Positions 40,062-50,893 are shown, counted from the stretch's first letter. The stretch is 64,000 nt of DNA from an uncultured Alphaproteobacteria bacterium (GCA_963829465.1 CAWHJE010000020.1:103935-167934); one strand, 5' to 3'. Program-made: numbers and translations. The notes: generated by a model not told the origin, from the sequence alone.

Positions 40062-40685
40062 CTAACTCAAACGGCGAAACCGGCTGAACTGAAACCGCTG
40101 GGTGGCTCCCATCGGCGTTTGATGGGCTTGATTCCGGCTTTCGATCAGCTCGCACCCGGGGCCGAGTATTTTGGCGAGCGAGGCCGCATCGTGACGGACG
40201 ACCGGCAATCCGCTGCAGCGTTCGGGACCGTCGGGAGCGAAAGTCCCTATGATCACGTGTCCGCCGGGGCGCACGGCGCGCAGGATGCGCTCGACATAGG
40301 CGGCGCGATCCTCCGGTTCAGTCAGGAAATGAAAAGCCGCGCGATCATGCCACACGTCGTAGGTTTGGGATGGTTCCCATGCCGTCACGTCGGCGACGAT
40401 CCACTGAACGCCAGCGCATTGCGGACCAAGCCTCGCCTTTGCCGTCGCAAGCGCCTTTTCAGAAACGTCGAGAACGGTAATCGCGGCAAATCCTTCGGCG
40501 ACAAGAGCGTCCACCAGCCGCGATGCGCCGCCGCCGATATCAACTATCGATGAATTGACGTTGGCGCCGGTCGCTCGAATGAGATCGAGGGAGATTTCCG
40601 GGCATTCCTGGAACCAACTGACGTCGCGCTCGCCCTTGGTTTGGTAGACGTTTTCCCAGTGGGCGCGCCGTTCGTTGTTGGTCAT
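40062..40685 (-). CDS. Class I SAM-dependent methyltransferase
   Basis: ...IVDIGGGASRLVDAL (motif I) ...VLDVSEKAL...VWHDRAAFHFL.... Confidence 0.82.
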   Translation of the reverse strand: MTNNERRAHWENVYQTKGERDVSWFQECPEISLDLIRATGANVNSSIVDIGGGASRLVDALVAEGFAAITVLDVSEKALATAKARLGPQCAGVQWIVADVTAWEPSQTYDVWHDRAAFHFLTEPEDRAAYVERILRAVRPGGHVIIGTFAPDGPERCSGLPVVRHDAASLAKILGPGCELIESRNQAHQTPMGATQRFQFSRFRRLS

Positions 40686-40766
40686 GATATTGGCCCAGCT
40701 CGAAGAACTCGTCGTCTATCCTTATCTGGCAATGAAGGTCAGGCCTTTCAATCAGCAGGGGATCGC

Positions 40767-41549
40767 TTGTCTTCGCCTCCAATTCTCGACAATAAGCAAA
40801 CGGATGCGCCATCGGTGTTCGAACCGGCCGCTTTGCTGCGGGAAGCGCGCCGTCAGAAGGGATTGGCCACGGTCGACGTGCCGCCGGTCTGCGTCCTTGA
40901 TCCGGATGGCGACATCGTTCGCCGCCTGAAACGTGCCGGCGAGGCCAAGCGTTTCGACAGTTGGCCCTGTTACCACACCGATCTGTGCAGTTTTCCGCTC
41001 GCGGGTCAGACCGCTGGCATCGTCGCGTGCGCGGTCGGTGCGCCTTTCGCGGTTCTGGTTGCCGAAGAACTCTTTGCATGCGGCTGCCGCATCCTGATCA
41101 GCCTGACCTCGGCCGGTCAAATCGTGCCGGCCGGTAGGCTTCCTTATTTTGTCGTGATTGACCGGGCGCTGCGGGACGAAGGAACCAGCTACCACTACGC
41201 CGCTCCTGATGTCTTCGCCGAAGCCGATCCTCACATCGTTGAATTGGCAATGCGAGCGATCGAGGACGCCGGCTTGCGCGCCTATGTCGGCCCGAGTTGG
41301 ACGACGGATGCGCCGTTCCGCGAAACTGCGGCGGCGGTCGCAGTGGCCCGCGCCAAGGGCGTGCTGGCAGTCGAGATGGAGGCAGCGGCGCTCTACACAT
41401 TCGCGCGGCAGCGGAACAAGACGGTCCTTTGTCTCGCGCACGTTACCAACACGATGGGGCTCGCCGACCTGGATTTCGAGAAAGGCGAAGCGGAGGGAAC
41501 GGCCGAGGCGTTGACGATCCTCGACGTGGTTGCGAGAGCCCTGCGTTAG
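40767..41549 (+). CDS. Nucleoside phosphorylase family (PNP/UDP_1) protein
   Basis: ...LISLTSAGQI...RDEGTSYHY...WTTDAPFRET...GVLAVEMEAAALY.... The start is uncertain: TTG 40767 is chosen to avoid overlap with the divergent methyltransferase, and the ORF is open from 40641. Confidence 0.7.
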   Translation: MSSPPILDNKQTDAPSVFEPAALLREARRQKGLATVDVPPVCVLDPDGDIVRRLKRAGEAKRFDSWPCYHTDLCSFPLAGQTAGIVACAVGAPFAVLVAEELFACGCRILISLTSAGQIVPAGRLPYFVVIDRALRDEGTSYHYAAPDVFAEADPHIVELAMRAIEDAGLRAYVGPSWTTDAPFRETAAAVAVARAKGVLAVEMEAAALYTFARQRNKTVLCLAHVTNTMGLADLDFEKGEAEGTAEALTILDVVARALR

Positions 41550-41567
41550 GCGGACGCGATCGATTTT

Positions 41568-42179
41568 CTAAGCAACGAGGGAAAGCGCCGGCGAGACATC
41601 TTTCGACGTTCCTTGGCGGCGCCAAAGGAGAGCATCGATACCGAGGCTACGCCCGGGCGGGTCGAGCAGGAAAAGCAGCTCCAGGACCACCAGGAACATA
41701 TAGGTCCAGGGCCATTCGTTGGGCGCATTGTAGAGTCCCAGCCAAAGGTTGATCGCCATCAGCGCGCCGAGCACCGAGCCCAGCCGAGTGAACAATCCAA
41801 GTATGAGCGAGCCGGCGATGGCAACCTCGATCGCGTATACCAGCGGTCCGAACACGGCGATATTAGGCAGGACGATGTCGCGCACCAGGTTGCTTTGCAG
41901 CTGCGTTGAGGCATGCTCGACCATCACCTCCATCCAGTGGATCAGGCCCCAGTCGTAATGGGGCGGCACCTTCCAAAGCGACTGCTGCCACCACATCATG
42001 CCGACGATGATGCGAAGCAGACAGATACCGATGTGCCGCACCGAGCGTTGTGTTGGATCGCCACGCCAAGCCAGCACCGCGGCTACGGCGGCACCGAGGA
42101 GCAGAAGCCAAAACACCGGCGTCAACCAGCGGTCGTCCGTGAGGAACGACCACGCATTGCCCAAGGGATTCTCTCTCAT
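41568..42179 (-). CDS. DoxX/DoxD-like family membrane protein
   Basis: 203 aa with about 4 TM segments. ICLLRIIVGMMWWQQSLWK resembles the DoxX N-terminal motif. Confidence 0.5.
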   Translation of the reverse strand: MRENPLGNAWSFLTDDRWLTPVFWLLLLGAAVAAVLAWRGDPTQRSVRHIGICLLRIIVGMMWWQQSLWKVPPHYDWGLIHWMEVMVEHASTQLQSNLVRDIVLPNIAVFGPLVYAIEVAIAGSLILGLFTRLGSVLGALMAINLWLGLYNAPNEWPWTYMFLVVLELLFLLDPPGRSLGIDALLWRRQGTSKDVSPALSLVA

Positions 42180-42393
42180 GCACCGGACTTTCGTAATCGG
42201 AATATTTCCGCACGATCACGATCAGACCCGATCAAGTGCCGCGCCTCCCGCCGCAGGTCTGACTACAGGCTGTTCGAGGCTTTGCGCTCTTGAAAATCGA
42301 GCCCGGATTGTGACAACAGCCAGCGGTGCACGCCAGCCCGCACCGCCGAAAGCGATCATCAAATATCGGTGACGCGTCGAAGGGCAGTAAACG

Positions 42394-43194
42394 TCAACTG
42401 TGCGCCGACAGATCATGGATCGTCGGATTCTTGCCGGTCAGCGGATTTGCCGGATCCCAACCGTAACGCAGTGTCTCAAACCGCATCGCCCGTGCGTCGA
42501 GCATGACGAGGCGGCCGACCAAACCCTCGCCGAAACCGACGATCTCGCGGATCACCTCGAGCGCCGCCATCGAGCCGACGACGCCCGCGAGTGCGCCGAG
42601 AATTCCGGCCTCGGCGCAGGCCGGAACGGTGCCGGGCGGCGGCGGTTCCGGGAAAAGACACCGATAGGTTGGGTTCGGCTCGCCATCGGCGCCGCGTTCG
42701 TGGGCCCGAATGGTGGTGAGCGTGCCGTCGAAGGGGCCCAGCGCCGCTGTCACCAGCGGCTTGCGCGCGAAGTAGCAGGCATCCGCGACGAGATAGCGCG
42801 TGGCAAAGTTGTCGGAACCGTCGGCTACCAGATCGTAGCGTCCGATCAGATCGAGCGCATTGTGCGCCGTGAGCCTCGTCCCGTGCGACTCGACGGCGAC
42901 GTGCGGGTTGAGCCGGTGGATCACGGCGGCCGCGCTGTCCACCTTGGGCGTCCCTAAATCCGGCGTGGCATGGATGACCTGCCGCTGGAGGTTCGACAGC
43001 GAAACCACGTCATCGTCGACCACGCCGATCGTGCCTACGCCTGCGGCGGCGAGGTAGAGCAGAACTGGCGCGCCGAGCCCGCCGGCGCCGACGACCAGCA
43101 CGCGTGCGCGGCGAAGCGCGGCCTGCCCAGGTCCACCCACCTCGGGCAGCACGATGTGGCGCGCATAGCGTTCAAGTTCGTCGGTGCTGAGCAT
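42394..43194 (-). CDS. moeB: HesA/MoeB/ThiF family adenylyltransferase (molybdopterin-synthase adenylyltransferase-like)
   Basis: ATG 43194. MLSTDELERYARHIVLPEVGGPGQAALRRARVLVVGAGGLGAPVLLYLAAAGVG...SNLQRQ...GSDNFATRYL.... No rhodanese domain. Confidence 0.8.
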   Translation of the reverse strand: MLSTDELERYARHIVLPEVGGPGQAALRRARVLVVGAGGLGAPVLLYLAAAGVGTIGVVDDDVVSLSNLQRQVIHATPDLGTPKVDSAAAVIHRLNPHVAVESHGTRLTAHNALDLIGRYDLVADGSDNFATRYLVADACYFARKPLVTAALGPFDGTLTTIRAHERGADGEPNPTYRCLFPEPPPPGTVPACAEAGILGALAGVVGSMAALEVIREIVGFGEGLVGRLVMLDARAMRFETLRYGWDPANPLTGKNPTIHDLSAHS

Positions 43195-43326
43195 GACTTT
43201 AAGATAGGCGCGAACGGCTCGTGGGACCACCCACGAGAAGCCGCGCTTAGAACACGTTCTTGGTGCTGCGAAGCAATTGGCGATCGCGCGCCGTTCGGAT
43301 AGGCTTCTGTTTCGGCGAGTGGGCTT

Positions 43327-44499
43327 ATGACCATCAGGATGGTGATTGTTGCCGGCCTTGTTGCGGGCGCGTGGGTGCTCGCAGCGGATGCCCGTGCCCG
43401 CGTCCCGGTAGCGCCATCGGCCGTGCAAACCGTGGCGGTGAAAAAGCCCGCACCAAAACGCGCTAGTCCTCCCAAAGAGGACAGCGATCCGATGGCGGTG
43501 GTGCCTGCTTTCTCGGCGCAGGCCGTCGGCTGGCGGCTGGTCGAGGATCCGGCGACGGGCGTACGCCTAGGCGTGCCCGAAAAGCTCGTGCCGCACGTCA
43601 GCGCGTCCCGCTCCGGCAGTCGCTGGGCCTCGACGCAGGGGCAGATTCAGGTCGAGACTTTTCGGCTCGCCGAGGCAGCGTTGCCGGCACTGTTCGATCA
43701 GGAAAAGAAAGCGTCGCGCCGGCAAATTGCCTCGAGCGCGCTCAAGCCCGACTCCTTCTCCATTGCCGGCGTGCAGGGCCTGAAGAACTTTGTTGTTCGC
43801 GCCGACGCGCGCGGCAGCGAGGTGCGCGGCGTCACGATCCTCTACGACCAGGCGACCGAAGGCACCATGGGCTCTGTTGCCGTCGCGATCGCCAATGCGT
43901 TCACCGGATTTCCCGATCCCAGCACGCCGCCTCCGGCGGGTCTGCGCCGCTTGGTGGAATATGGCTCCGCGATCGTTGTCGGTAGCGATGGCGACCTCAT
44001 CGCGCCGGCGCACACGGCTGACGATTGCCAGGCCATTACGGTGCCGCCATTCGGCCATGCCGCGCGTATCGCCGAGGACAAGACAAACGGTCTGGCGCTG
44101 CTGCGCGTCTACGGTGCGCGCAATCTTGCCCCGGCTGCGCTCGCCGAGGATAACGCCCAGCCGGGCGACATCACGCTCGTCGGCGTCCCCGATCCGCTCG
44201 CTCAGGCTGGCGAGGCCGCAGCGATCAGCGCGGCTGCGCGCCTCACCGCGCAGGGCATCGAGCCGGCGCCGAAACCCGGCTTTGCCGGCGCAGCCGTCGT
44301 GGATTCCCAAGGCCGTGTGGTTGGCATGGCGGACCTCAAGACAATTGCTGTCGCCGGCGGCGCAGCCGGCCAATCGGCGACGTTCGTGCCGAGCGGCGCG
44401 ATCCGCGCGTTTCTGCAGGCGCAGGAGGTCCCGCTCGCCGCGGCGGTAACAACACCGGCGGCCCAATCCGTGCTGCGCGTGATCTGCGTACGGAAGTGA
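43327..44499 (+). CDS. Secreted trypsin-like serine protease domain protein
   Basis: Signal-like MTIRMVIVAGLVAGAWVLAADA. The C-terminal half, ...GSAIVVGSDGDLIAPAHT...NGLALLRV...GFAGAAVVDSQGRVVGM, resembles the S1 fold. Confidence 0.6.
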   Translation: MTIRMVIVAGLVAGAWVLAADARARVPVAPSAVQTVAVKKPAPKRASPPKEDSDPMAVVPAFSAQAVGWRLVEDPATGVRLGVPEKLVPHVSASRSGSRWASTQGQIQVETFRLAEAALPALFDQEKKASRRQIASSALKPDSFSIAGVQGLKNFVVRADARGSEVRGVTILYDQATEGTMGSVAVAIANAFTGFPDPSTPPPAGLRRLVEYGSAIVVGSDGDLIAPAHTADDCQAITVPPFGHAARIAEDKTNGLALLRVYGARNLAPAALAEDNAQPGDITLVGVPDPLAQAGEAAAISAAARLTAQGIEPAPKPGFAGAAVVDSQGRVVGMADLKTIAVAGGAAGQSATFVPSGAIRAFLQAQEVPLAAAVTTPAAQSVLRVICVRK

Positions 44500-45273
44500 C
44501 TATTTGTTCTCGAATTTCGGCGGCCGCTTGGCGATGAAGGCCGCCATGCCTTCCTTCTGATCGGCGGACGCAAACAGCGAATGAAATACCCGCCGTTCGA
44601 AGCGCACGCCCTCGGCGAGCGTCGTTTCGAACGAGCGATTGACCGCTTCCTTGGCCGCGAGCACCGACGGCAGCGACATCGACGCGATGGTTTCGGCAAG
44701 CTTCATCGCTTCGTCCATCAGGCTCGCCAGCGGCACGATCCGGGCGACCAGGCCGCCGCGCTCGGCTTCCTGCGCATCCATCATGCGGCCGGTCAGGATC
44801 ATGTCCATGGCCTTGGCCTTGCCGACGGCGCGGGTGAAGCGTTGCGTGCCGCCGATGCCGGGAATGATGCCGAGCTTGATTTCAGGCTGGCCGAATTTGG
44901 CGTTGTCGGCGGCGATGATGAGATCGCACTGCATCGCAAGTTCGCAACCGCCGCCGAGCGCAAATCCCGCGACGGCAGCGATCACCGGCTTGCGCACCGT
45001 GGCGGCGCGATCCCAGGTCGCGGCAAAGTCGCCGAGGAAAGCGTCGGCGAAGGTCTTGTCGGCCATCTCTTTAATGTCCGCGCCGGCGGCGAAGGCCTTG
45101 TCCGAGCCGGTAATCACCATGCAGCCGATATTGGCGTCGGCCTCGAATGCATCGAGCGCGCGAGTCAAATCGTGCACAAGCGCGCGGTTGAGCGCGTTGA
45201 GCGCCTGCGGGCGGTTGAGCCGGATCAGTCCAACCTTGCCGCGAGTCTCGACGATGATGTTTTCGTAGCTCAT
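44500..45273 (-). CDS. Enoyl-CoA hydratase (crotonase family)
   Basis: ATG 45273. [29 protein letters not shown]...[17 protein letters not shown]...[12 protein letters not shown]. Confidence 0.9.
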   Translation of the reverse strand: MSYENIIVETRGKVGLIRLNRPQALNALNRALVHDLTRALDAFEADANIGCMVITGSDKAFAAGADIKEMADKTFADAFLGDFAATWDRAATVRKPVIAAVAGFALGGGCELAMQCDLIIAADNAKFGQPEIKLGIIPGIGGTQRFTRAVGKAKAMDMILTGRMMDAQEAERGGLVARIVPLASLMDEAMKLAETIASMSLPSVLAAKEAVNRSFETTLAEGVRFERRVFHSLFASADQKEGMAAFIAKRPPKFENK

Positions 45274-45302
45274 GGTGTTTCCCGGAATTGTCTTTGCCGG
45301 CG

Positions 45303-46196
45303 TCATTTCTGGCATACCGGACAATAAAACGTCGAGCGCCCATTCTGCACGATGCGCTTGACGGTGCCGCGGCAGCCGCGCGTCGGACATCGTTCGCCTT
45401 CGCGGTCGTAGACGCGGAAGTGGTGCTGGAAAAGGCCTAGATCGCCATCGGTGCGCTTGTGATCGCGCAGCGAAGAGCCGCCGGCCTTGATCGCATCATT
45501 GAGCACAGCCTTGATGCCGTCGACGAGCCGCTCGGCGCGATCGTTCGGTTCCCCGGCTTTGGTCGCGATCGTCGAGGCGATGCGCTTCGGCGACAGCCGC
45601 GCACGATGCAGCGCCTCGCAGACATAGATGTTGCCGAGACCGGCAACAATTGTCTGATCCAGCAACGCGGCCTTGAGGCTCGTCTTCTTGCCCGCGCAGG
45701 CACGCGCCAGCATCGCGGCGTCGAAGGCGTTGCCGAGCGGCTCGGGGCCGAGCCGGTTCAGAAGCGGCTCCGCGTCGAGCTTGCCGCGCTCGACGATTTT
45801 CATCGAGCCGAAGCGGCGCGGGTCGTTGAAAGTGACGATGGCGCCGGAGGACATATGAAATACGACGTGATCGTGCGCCCGGTGCTTGGCGCGCTCGTGA
45901 TAGTAGCGCCCAACGTGGTCGTCGCCGGTCTTGTCGCCGACATTGCTAAACACGTGAAACGAGCCGGACATGCCAAGATGCATCAGCAGCACGTCGCCGG
46001 ACGAAAGATCGGCCAGCAGATATTTCGCCCGCCGGCCCAAGCCGGTCACCGTCTTGCCGTGCAGGCGGCGCGCGAAATCCTTCGGCAACGGCCAGCGCAG
46101 GTCGCCGCGGTGAACCTCGACTTTGGTGAAGCGCGCGCCGTCCATCGCGGGTTCCAGACCGCGGCGTACCGTCTCGACTTCGGGTAGTTCGGGCAT
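45303..46196 (-). CDS. mutM: Formamidopyrimidine-DNA glycosylase
   Basis: ATG 46196. [14 protein letters not shown]... and a C-terminal zinc finger [28 protein letters not shown]. Confidence 0.95.
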   Translation of the reverse strand: MPELPEVETVRRGLEPAMDGARFTKVEVHRGDLRWPLPKDFARRLHGKTVTGLGRRAKYLLADLSSGDVLLMHLGMSGSFHVFSNVGDKTGDDHVGRYYHERAKHRAHDHVVFHMSSGAIVTFNDPRRFGSMKIVERGKLDAEPLLNRLGPEPLGNAFDAAMLARACAGKKTSLKAALLDQTIVAGLGNIYVCEALHRARLSPKRIASTIATKAGEPNDRAERLVDGIKAVLNDAIKAGGSSLRDHKRTDGDLGLFQHHFRVYDREGERCPTRGCRGTVKRIVQNGRSTFYCPVCQK

Positions 46197-46295
46197 CGCT
46201 CGACCGGCTCCTGCGTGCGCAACAGGGTTAATTTCCCAGACATAGCGTCGCTGGCGGTGCCGCGCTATGGTTTGGTCAAACGGGGAAACTAAACA

Positions 46296-47075
46296 ATGGC
46301 GGATACGGCTTCGTTCGGCGCGCAGGAGGTGCCGCTCGCGGACAAGCAGGCGTTGGTCGATGACGTATTCCACAGCGTCGCGCGCCGCTACGACCTGATG
46401 AACGACCTGATGTCGTTCGGGCTGCACCGCGCCTGGAAAGACGCGCTGGTCACCGCGGTCAATCCGCGCAAAAATTTGCCACCCAAAAATCTGCCACCAA
46501 GCAATAAGCCGTTTGCGCTGCTCGATATCGCCGGGGGTACCGGCGACATCGCCTTTCGCGTCGTCGCGGCGGGTGGTGCGGGGACGCAAGCCACCGTGTG
46601 CGATATCAATCCGGACATGCTCACCGTTGGCCGCGAGCGCGCCGCGGCGCAGGGGCTTGGCGAGGCGGTGATCTTCACCGAGGCCAACGCCGAGGCTTTG
46701 CCGTTCAAGGATCGCAGCTTCGACGCCGTGACCATCGCTTTCGGCATCCGCAACGTGCCACGGATCGAGGCGGCGCTGGCCGAAGCGTATCGCGTGCTGC
46801 GGATCGGCGGACGATTTCTCTGTCTCGAATTCTCGGCGGTGAATGTTCCCGGCCTCGACACGCTCTACGATTTCTATTCGTTCAACGTCATTCCCGCGCT
46901 CGGCCGCGCTGTCGCCGGCGACGCCGAATCCTATCGTTATCTGGTGGAGTCGATCCGCCGCTTTCCGAAGCCGCAGGAATTCGCCGGCATGATGCGCACG
47001 GCCGGTTTCGCGCGCGTCTCGCATCAACTCATGACCGGCGGCATCGTGGCGCTGCATTCCGGCTGGCGTTTGTGA
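46296..47075 (+). CDS. ubiE: Demethylmenaquinone / 2-methoxy-6-polyprenyl-1,4-benzoquinol methyltransferase
   Basis: ...[25 protein letters not shown]...[14 protein letters not shown]...FGIRNV...LCLEFS.... Confidence 0.92.
   Translation: MADTASFGAQEVPLADKQALVDDVFHSVARRYDLMNDLMSFGLHRAWKDALVTAVNPRKNLPPKNLPPSNKPFALLDIAGGTGDIAFRVVAAGGAGTQATVCDINPDMLTVGRERAAAQGLGEAVIFTEANAEALPFKDRSFDAVTIAFGIRNVPRIEAALAEAYRVLRIGGRFLCLEFSAVNVPGLDTLYDFYSFNVIPALGRAVAGDAESYRYLVESIRRFPKPQEFAGMMRTAGFARVSHQLMTGGIVALHSGWRL
46470..46499 (+). repeat. In-frame 15-bp tandem duplication inside ubiE
   Basis: AAAAATTTGCCACCC / AAAAATCTGCCACCA, encoding [10 protein letters not shown]. Confidence 0.8.
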
Positions 47076-48646
47076 TCTCCGCGCTCGCGAGTTTCTTCCG
47101 CCTCGGCCACGCCGGCTTTGTTTTCGCCCGCGAGGGCGTTTTCGGCGCGATCGATCCGGCGGTGATGCCGCCTTCGGCGCGCCCGCTTATCCGCGTGGTG
47201 CGCCTCGTCGAGCGGCCGTCGAGCGGCGAGCCGGGGACGCGCCTGTCGACCGCGCTGAGCCGGCTCGGCCCAAGCTACGTCAAGCTCGGCCAGTTTCTGG
47301 CCACGCGGCCGGACGTGGTAGGTCCGGCGCTGGCACAGGATCTCGAGCGGCTCCAGGACCAGATGCCGCCGTTCCCGCAGGAGCAGGCGGAAGCGGTCAT
47401 CGCTGCGTCGTTAGGCAAACCTGTCAGTGCGATTTTCACAAGCTTCGGACCGGCCGTCGCCGCCGCCTCGATCGCGCAAGTGCACCGCGCCGAGGTGGCG
47501 ACCGCAAGCGGCCCCAAGGCCGTCGCCGTCAAGGTGCTGCGGCCCGGCGTGGAGCGCCGCTTCCGCACCGATCTGCGCTCCTTCATGAATCTCGCGCGTC
47601 GCGCCGAAGAACTTTCCGCCGAAGCGCGGCGGCTGCGCCTGGTCGAGGTGGTCGACACTTTGCGCCGTTCGGTGACGGTGGAGATGGATTTCCGTCTGGA
47701 AGCCGCCGCGCTTTCGGAAATGGCCGAGAACACCAGGGACGATCCGGATTTCCGCGTTCCCGCGGTGGACTGGGACCGCACCAGTAAGGACGTCCTCACG
47801 CTGGAATGGATCGATGCGACGCCGCTGTCGGATCGCGCGCGCCTGCAAGCCAAGGGGCTCGATCTGCCGCAGCTCGCCCGCGCGGTGATTCAGACCTTTC
47901 TTCGCCATGCCTTGCGCGACGGTTTCTTTCACGCCGACATGCATCCGGGAAATTTGTTTGTCGACGACGACGGCAAGCTTATCGCCGTCGATTTCGGCAT
48001 CATGGGCCGGCTCGGCTTGAAGGAACGCCTGTTTCTCGCGGAAATCCTCTACGGCTTCATCACGCGCGACTACCGCAGGGCGGCCGAGGTTCATTTCGAG
48101 GCTGGCTATGTGCCGGCGAACCATTCCGTTGAGAGCTTTGCGCAGGCGATCCGCGCCATCGGCGAGCCGATCCACAATCGTACCGCCGAAGATATCTCGA
48201 TGGCCCGGCTCTTGACGCTGCTGTTCGAGGTGACGGGGCTGTTCGACATGCGCACCCGGCCGGAGCTGCTGCTGCTGCAGAAGACGATGGTGGTGGTCGA
48301 GGGCGTGGCGCGTTCGTTCGATCCTAAGCTCGACATGTGGTCCACCGCCGAACCGGTGGTGCGCGAATGGATGACGCGGTATCTCGGCCCCGCCGGCAAG
48401 CTTGAAGGCGCCATGCAAGGCGCGGGCGAGATCGGTCGTTTTGCCAGCCACGTGCCGGGTCTCTTGACCCGGGGCGCCCGCGTGCTCGACCAGCTTGACG
48501 ATGTCACCCGCGACGGCCTCACGTTGTCGCCGCAAACCATCGCCGAAATCGACAAGGCCGAAACGCGCCGCAACCGCGGGTCCGTCATCGCCTTGTGGGT
48601 GATCGCCGCCCTGCTGCTATGGATCGTGCTGTTGCTGATCCGGTGA
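47072..48646 (+). CDS. ubiB: Ubiquinone biosynthesis regulatory kinase-like protein UbiB
   Basis: GTG 47072 overlaps the ubiE stop (GTGA). ...[20 protein letters not shown]...ASIAQVHRA...VAVKVLRPG...[13 protein letters not shown].... It has a C-terminal TM segment. Confidence 0.9.
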   Translation: MISALASFFRLGHAGFVFAREGVFGAIDPAVMPPSARPLIRVVRLVERPSSGEPGTRLSTALSRLGPSYVKLGQFLATRPDVVGPALAQDLERLQDQMPPFPQEQAEAVIAASLGKPVSAIFTSFGPAVAAASIAQVHRAEVATASGPKAVAVKVLRPGVERRFRTDLRSFMNLARRAEELSAEARRLRLVEVVDTLRRSVTVEMDFRLEAAALSEMAENTRDDPDFRVPAVDWDRTSKDVLTLEWIDATPLSDRARLQAKGLDLPQLARAVIQTFLRHALRDGFFHADMHPGNLFVDDDGKLIAVDFGIMGRLGLKERLFLAEILYGFITRDYRRAAEVHFEAGYVPANHSVESFAQAIRAIGEPIHNRTAEDISMARLLTLLFEVTGLFDMRTRPELLLLQKTMVVVEGVARSFDPKLDMWSTAEPVVREWMTRYLGPAGKLEGAMQGAGEIGRFASHVPGLLTRGARVLDQLDDVTRDGLTLSPQTIAEIDKAETRRNRGSVIALWVIAALLLWIVLLLIR

Positions 48647-48684
48647 TTGCATTGATTGCAATGCAATCACCGGGATGCTAGCAT
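48640..48684. promoter_or_regulatory. Two adjacent palindromes upstream of coaBC (candidate operator and/or RNA hairpin)
   Basis: 48640-48673 is CCGGTGATTGCATTG-ATTG-CAATGCAATCACCGG, with perfect 15-bp arms, and it overlaps the ubiB stop. 48675-48684 is ATGCTAGCAT, a perfect 10-bp palindrome. Both lie 22-66 nt upstream of ATG 48706. Confidence 0.45.
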
Positions 48685-48705
48685 TCTGTCTTTAGGGCAG
48701 GCGCG

Positions 48706-50109
48706 ATGGCCAGTCTCACCGTTCGGCAACTCGACGACAAGCTCAAGCGGCTGTTGCGGTTGCGCGCGGTTCGGCACGGCCGCTCGATGGAGGACGAGGT
48801 TCGCGTCATCCTGCGGCAGGCGGCCGAGGAAACCGGCCGCGAAGCCCTGGATCTCATCAATCCGCCGGTGCGTCCGGCACAGCTTGAGCCGCGCGCTGTC
48901 GCGACGGAGAAGCGGCGCGTTCTTCTCATCATCGGCGGTGGTATCGCCGCCTACAAATCGCTCGATCTCATTCGCCGCCTGCAGGACCGCGGCGCGCAGG
49001 TGCGCGTCGTTCTCACCGCCGCCGCGCAGCATTTCGTCACGCCGCTGGCAGCGGGCGCGCTGGCCGGCGAGCGTGCCTATACCGATCTGTTCGATCCGCA
49101 GAGCGAATTTGATGTCGGCCATGTCCGCATGGCGCGCGACACCGACTTGATCGTGGTCGCACCGGCGACCGCCGACCTCATCGCCAGAATGGCGCATGGG
49201 CTCGCCGACGATCTGGCCACGGCCACTTTGCTGGCGACCGACAAACCGGTCCTGATTGCGCCGGCGATGAATCCGCACATGTGGCAGGCAAAGGCAACGC
49301 AGCGCAACATAGCGCAGCTCAGGGCGGACGGCGTTCACCTCATCGGCCCGAATTCCGGCGAAATGGCCGAGCGCGGCGAGGCCGGCACCGGGCGGATGGC
49401 CGGGCCGCTGGAAATCGCCGCGGCTGTCGAGGCGATCATGCGCGGCGCCGGATCGCTCACCGGCAAGCGCGTGCTCGTTACATCGGGGCCGACCAGCGAG
49501 CCGCTCGATCCGGTCCGTGTCCTTGCCAACCGCTCCTCAGGCAAACAGGGCCACGCCATCGCCGCCGCGGCGGCCGCCGCGGGCGCCGAGGTTGCCTTGA
49601 TCAGCGGCCCGGTGAATCTGCCCGATCCGCCCGGCGCAGCGGTGGTTCACGTCGAAACCGCGCGCCAGATGCTCGCGGCGGTCGACAAAGCGTTGCCCGC
49701 CGACATCGCCGTGTTCGCCGCGGCCGTCGCCGACTGGCGGCCGGTTCAGGCAAGCCAAGGCAAGATCAAGAAGCAGGGCCGGCCGCCGACGATCGAGCTG
49801 GTCGAGAATCCCGATATTCTTTCGACCATCGCCCATCGCAAATCCGGCCGTCCACGCCTCGTCGTCGGTTTCGCCGCCGAGACGGATCACGTCGTCGCCA
49901 ACGCCAAGGCGAAGCTGGCGCGGAAGGGCTGCGACTGGATTCTCGCCAACGACGTTTCTCCCGCGACCGGGATCATGGGCGGCGACACCAATACGATCCA
50001 TGTCGTCACGGCGGATGGCGTCGAGTCCTGGCCGCCGCAGTCAAAGGATGAGGTTGCTCGCGCGCTGATCGAGCGGATCGCCGCCACGCTGACGGAAAAA
50101 AAGCGGTGA
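48706..50109 (+). CDS. coaBC: Bifunctional phosphopantothenoylcysteine decarboxylase / phosphopantothenate-cysteine ligase with an N-terminal RHH-like extension
   Basis: The core from about residue 67, [35 protein letters not shown]...PAMNPHMW...[25 protein letters not shown], is canonical Dfp/CoaBC. Residues 1-42, [42 protein letters not shown], resemble FitA/VapB-type RHH antitoxins. An in-frame GTG at 48868 is an alternative start. Confidence 0.9.
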   Translation: MASLTVRQLDDKLKRLLRLRAVRHGRSMEDEVRVILRQAAEETGREALDLINPPVRPAQLEPRAVATEKRRVLLIIGGGIAAYKSLDLIRRLQDRGAQVRVVLTAAAQHFVTPLAAGALAGERAYTDLFDPQSEFDVGHVRMARDTDLIVVAPATADLIARMAHGLADDLATATLLATDKPVLIAPAMNPHMWQAKATQRNIAQLRADGVHLIGPNSGEMAERGEAGTGRMAGPLEIAAAVEAIMRGAGSLTGKRVLVTSGPTSEPLDPVRVLANRSSGKQGHAIAAAAAAAGAEVALISGPVNLPDPPGAAVVHVETARQMLAAVDKALPADIAVFAAAVADWRPVQASQGKIKKQGRPPTIELVENPDILSTIAHRKSGRPRLVVGFAAETDHVVANAKAKLARKGCDWILANDVSPATGIMGGDTNTIHVVTADGVESWPPQSKDEVARALIERIAATLTEKKR

Positions 50110-50597
50110 GCGGCGGCGGGGATGTCGAAGTGCGGATCGTGCGGCTGCCGCATGGGGCCGACCTGCCGTTGCCGGAATACCAAAGCGCGCTGGCGGCCGG
50201 CCTCGATCTGCTTGCCGCCGTCGCGGCCGATGCGCCGGTCGAGATCGCGCCCGGGTCGCGGGCATTGATTCCAACCGGTGTAGCGATCGCGCTGCCGCCA
50301 GGCTACGAGGGTCAGGTCCGGCCGCGCTCGGGCCTCGCCGTACGACACGGAATCACCGTGCTCAACTCGCCCGGAACCGTCGACGCTGACTATCGTGGCG
50401 AACTGCAGGTCATTCTCGTCAATCTGGGATCTGAGCCGTTTATCGTTCGCCGCGGCATGCGGATCGCACAGATCGTCGTCGCGCCGGCGCAGCGCGCCAG
50501 ACTGATCGAGACGAAAAATTTGGATACGACCGAACGGGCGGCCGGCGGCTTTGGTTCCACCGGCACGTCGGCAAAAAATCCCGATCGCTGCGACTGA
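50106..50597 (+). CDS. dut: dUTP diphosphatase
   Basis: GTG start overlapping the coaBC stop. ...AAGLDL...[26 protein letters not shown]...[11 protein letters not shown]. Confidence 0.93.
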   Translation: MSGGGDVEVRIVRLPHGADLPLPEYQSALAAGLDLLAAVAADAPVEIAPGSRALIPTGVAIALPPGYEGQVRPRSGLAVRHGITVLNSPGTVDADYRGELQVILVNLGSEPFIVRRGMRIAQIVVAPAQRARLIETKNLDTTERAAGGFGSTGTSAKNPDRCD

Positions 50598-50893
50598 TCG
50601 CTCTTCGCACCCAGGCCGCTGCCGGTAATCCACGACCGCCTGCCGCGAATCCATTTTTCACTTCGGAAGTCTTTCTGTTCCATTCCGCTAGTGCTGCGGA
50701 AAGGATGCGCCGCAAGCGCCGCGGGCCGTCGACGCGGTCCTAATCGAGTGACTTAACGGCCGCTTCCCGCACCGTTCACGATCTGGACTCTTTCGGCGCG
50801 ATTCCGCTTGAGAGTAAAGTCGAGCGATTCGCGGGTTCTCCTCGCGATTGGACCCGCTGGCGATGGCGGTGACAGCCAGCAGAGGCTAGGGGC

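Noticed and set aside
46197-47057. Upstream extension of the mutM ORF to 584 aa
   Set aside because: Fpg must begin with MPELPEV, since Pro2 is catalytic after Met removal. That places the start at 46196. The extension is antisense to ubiE.
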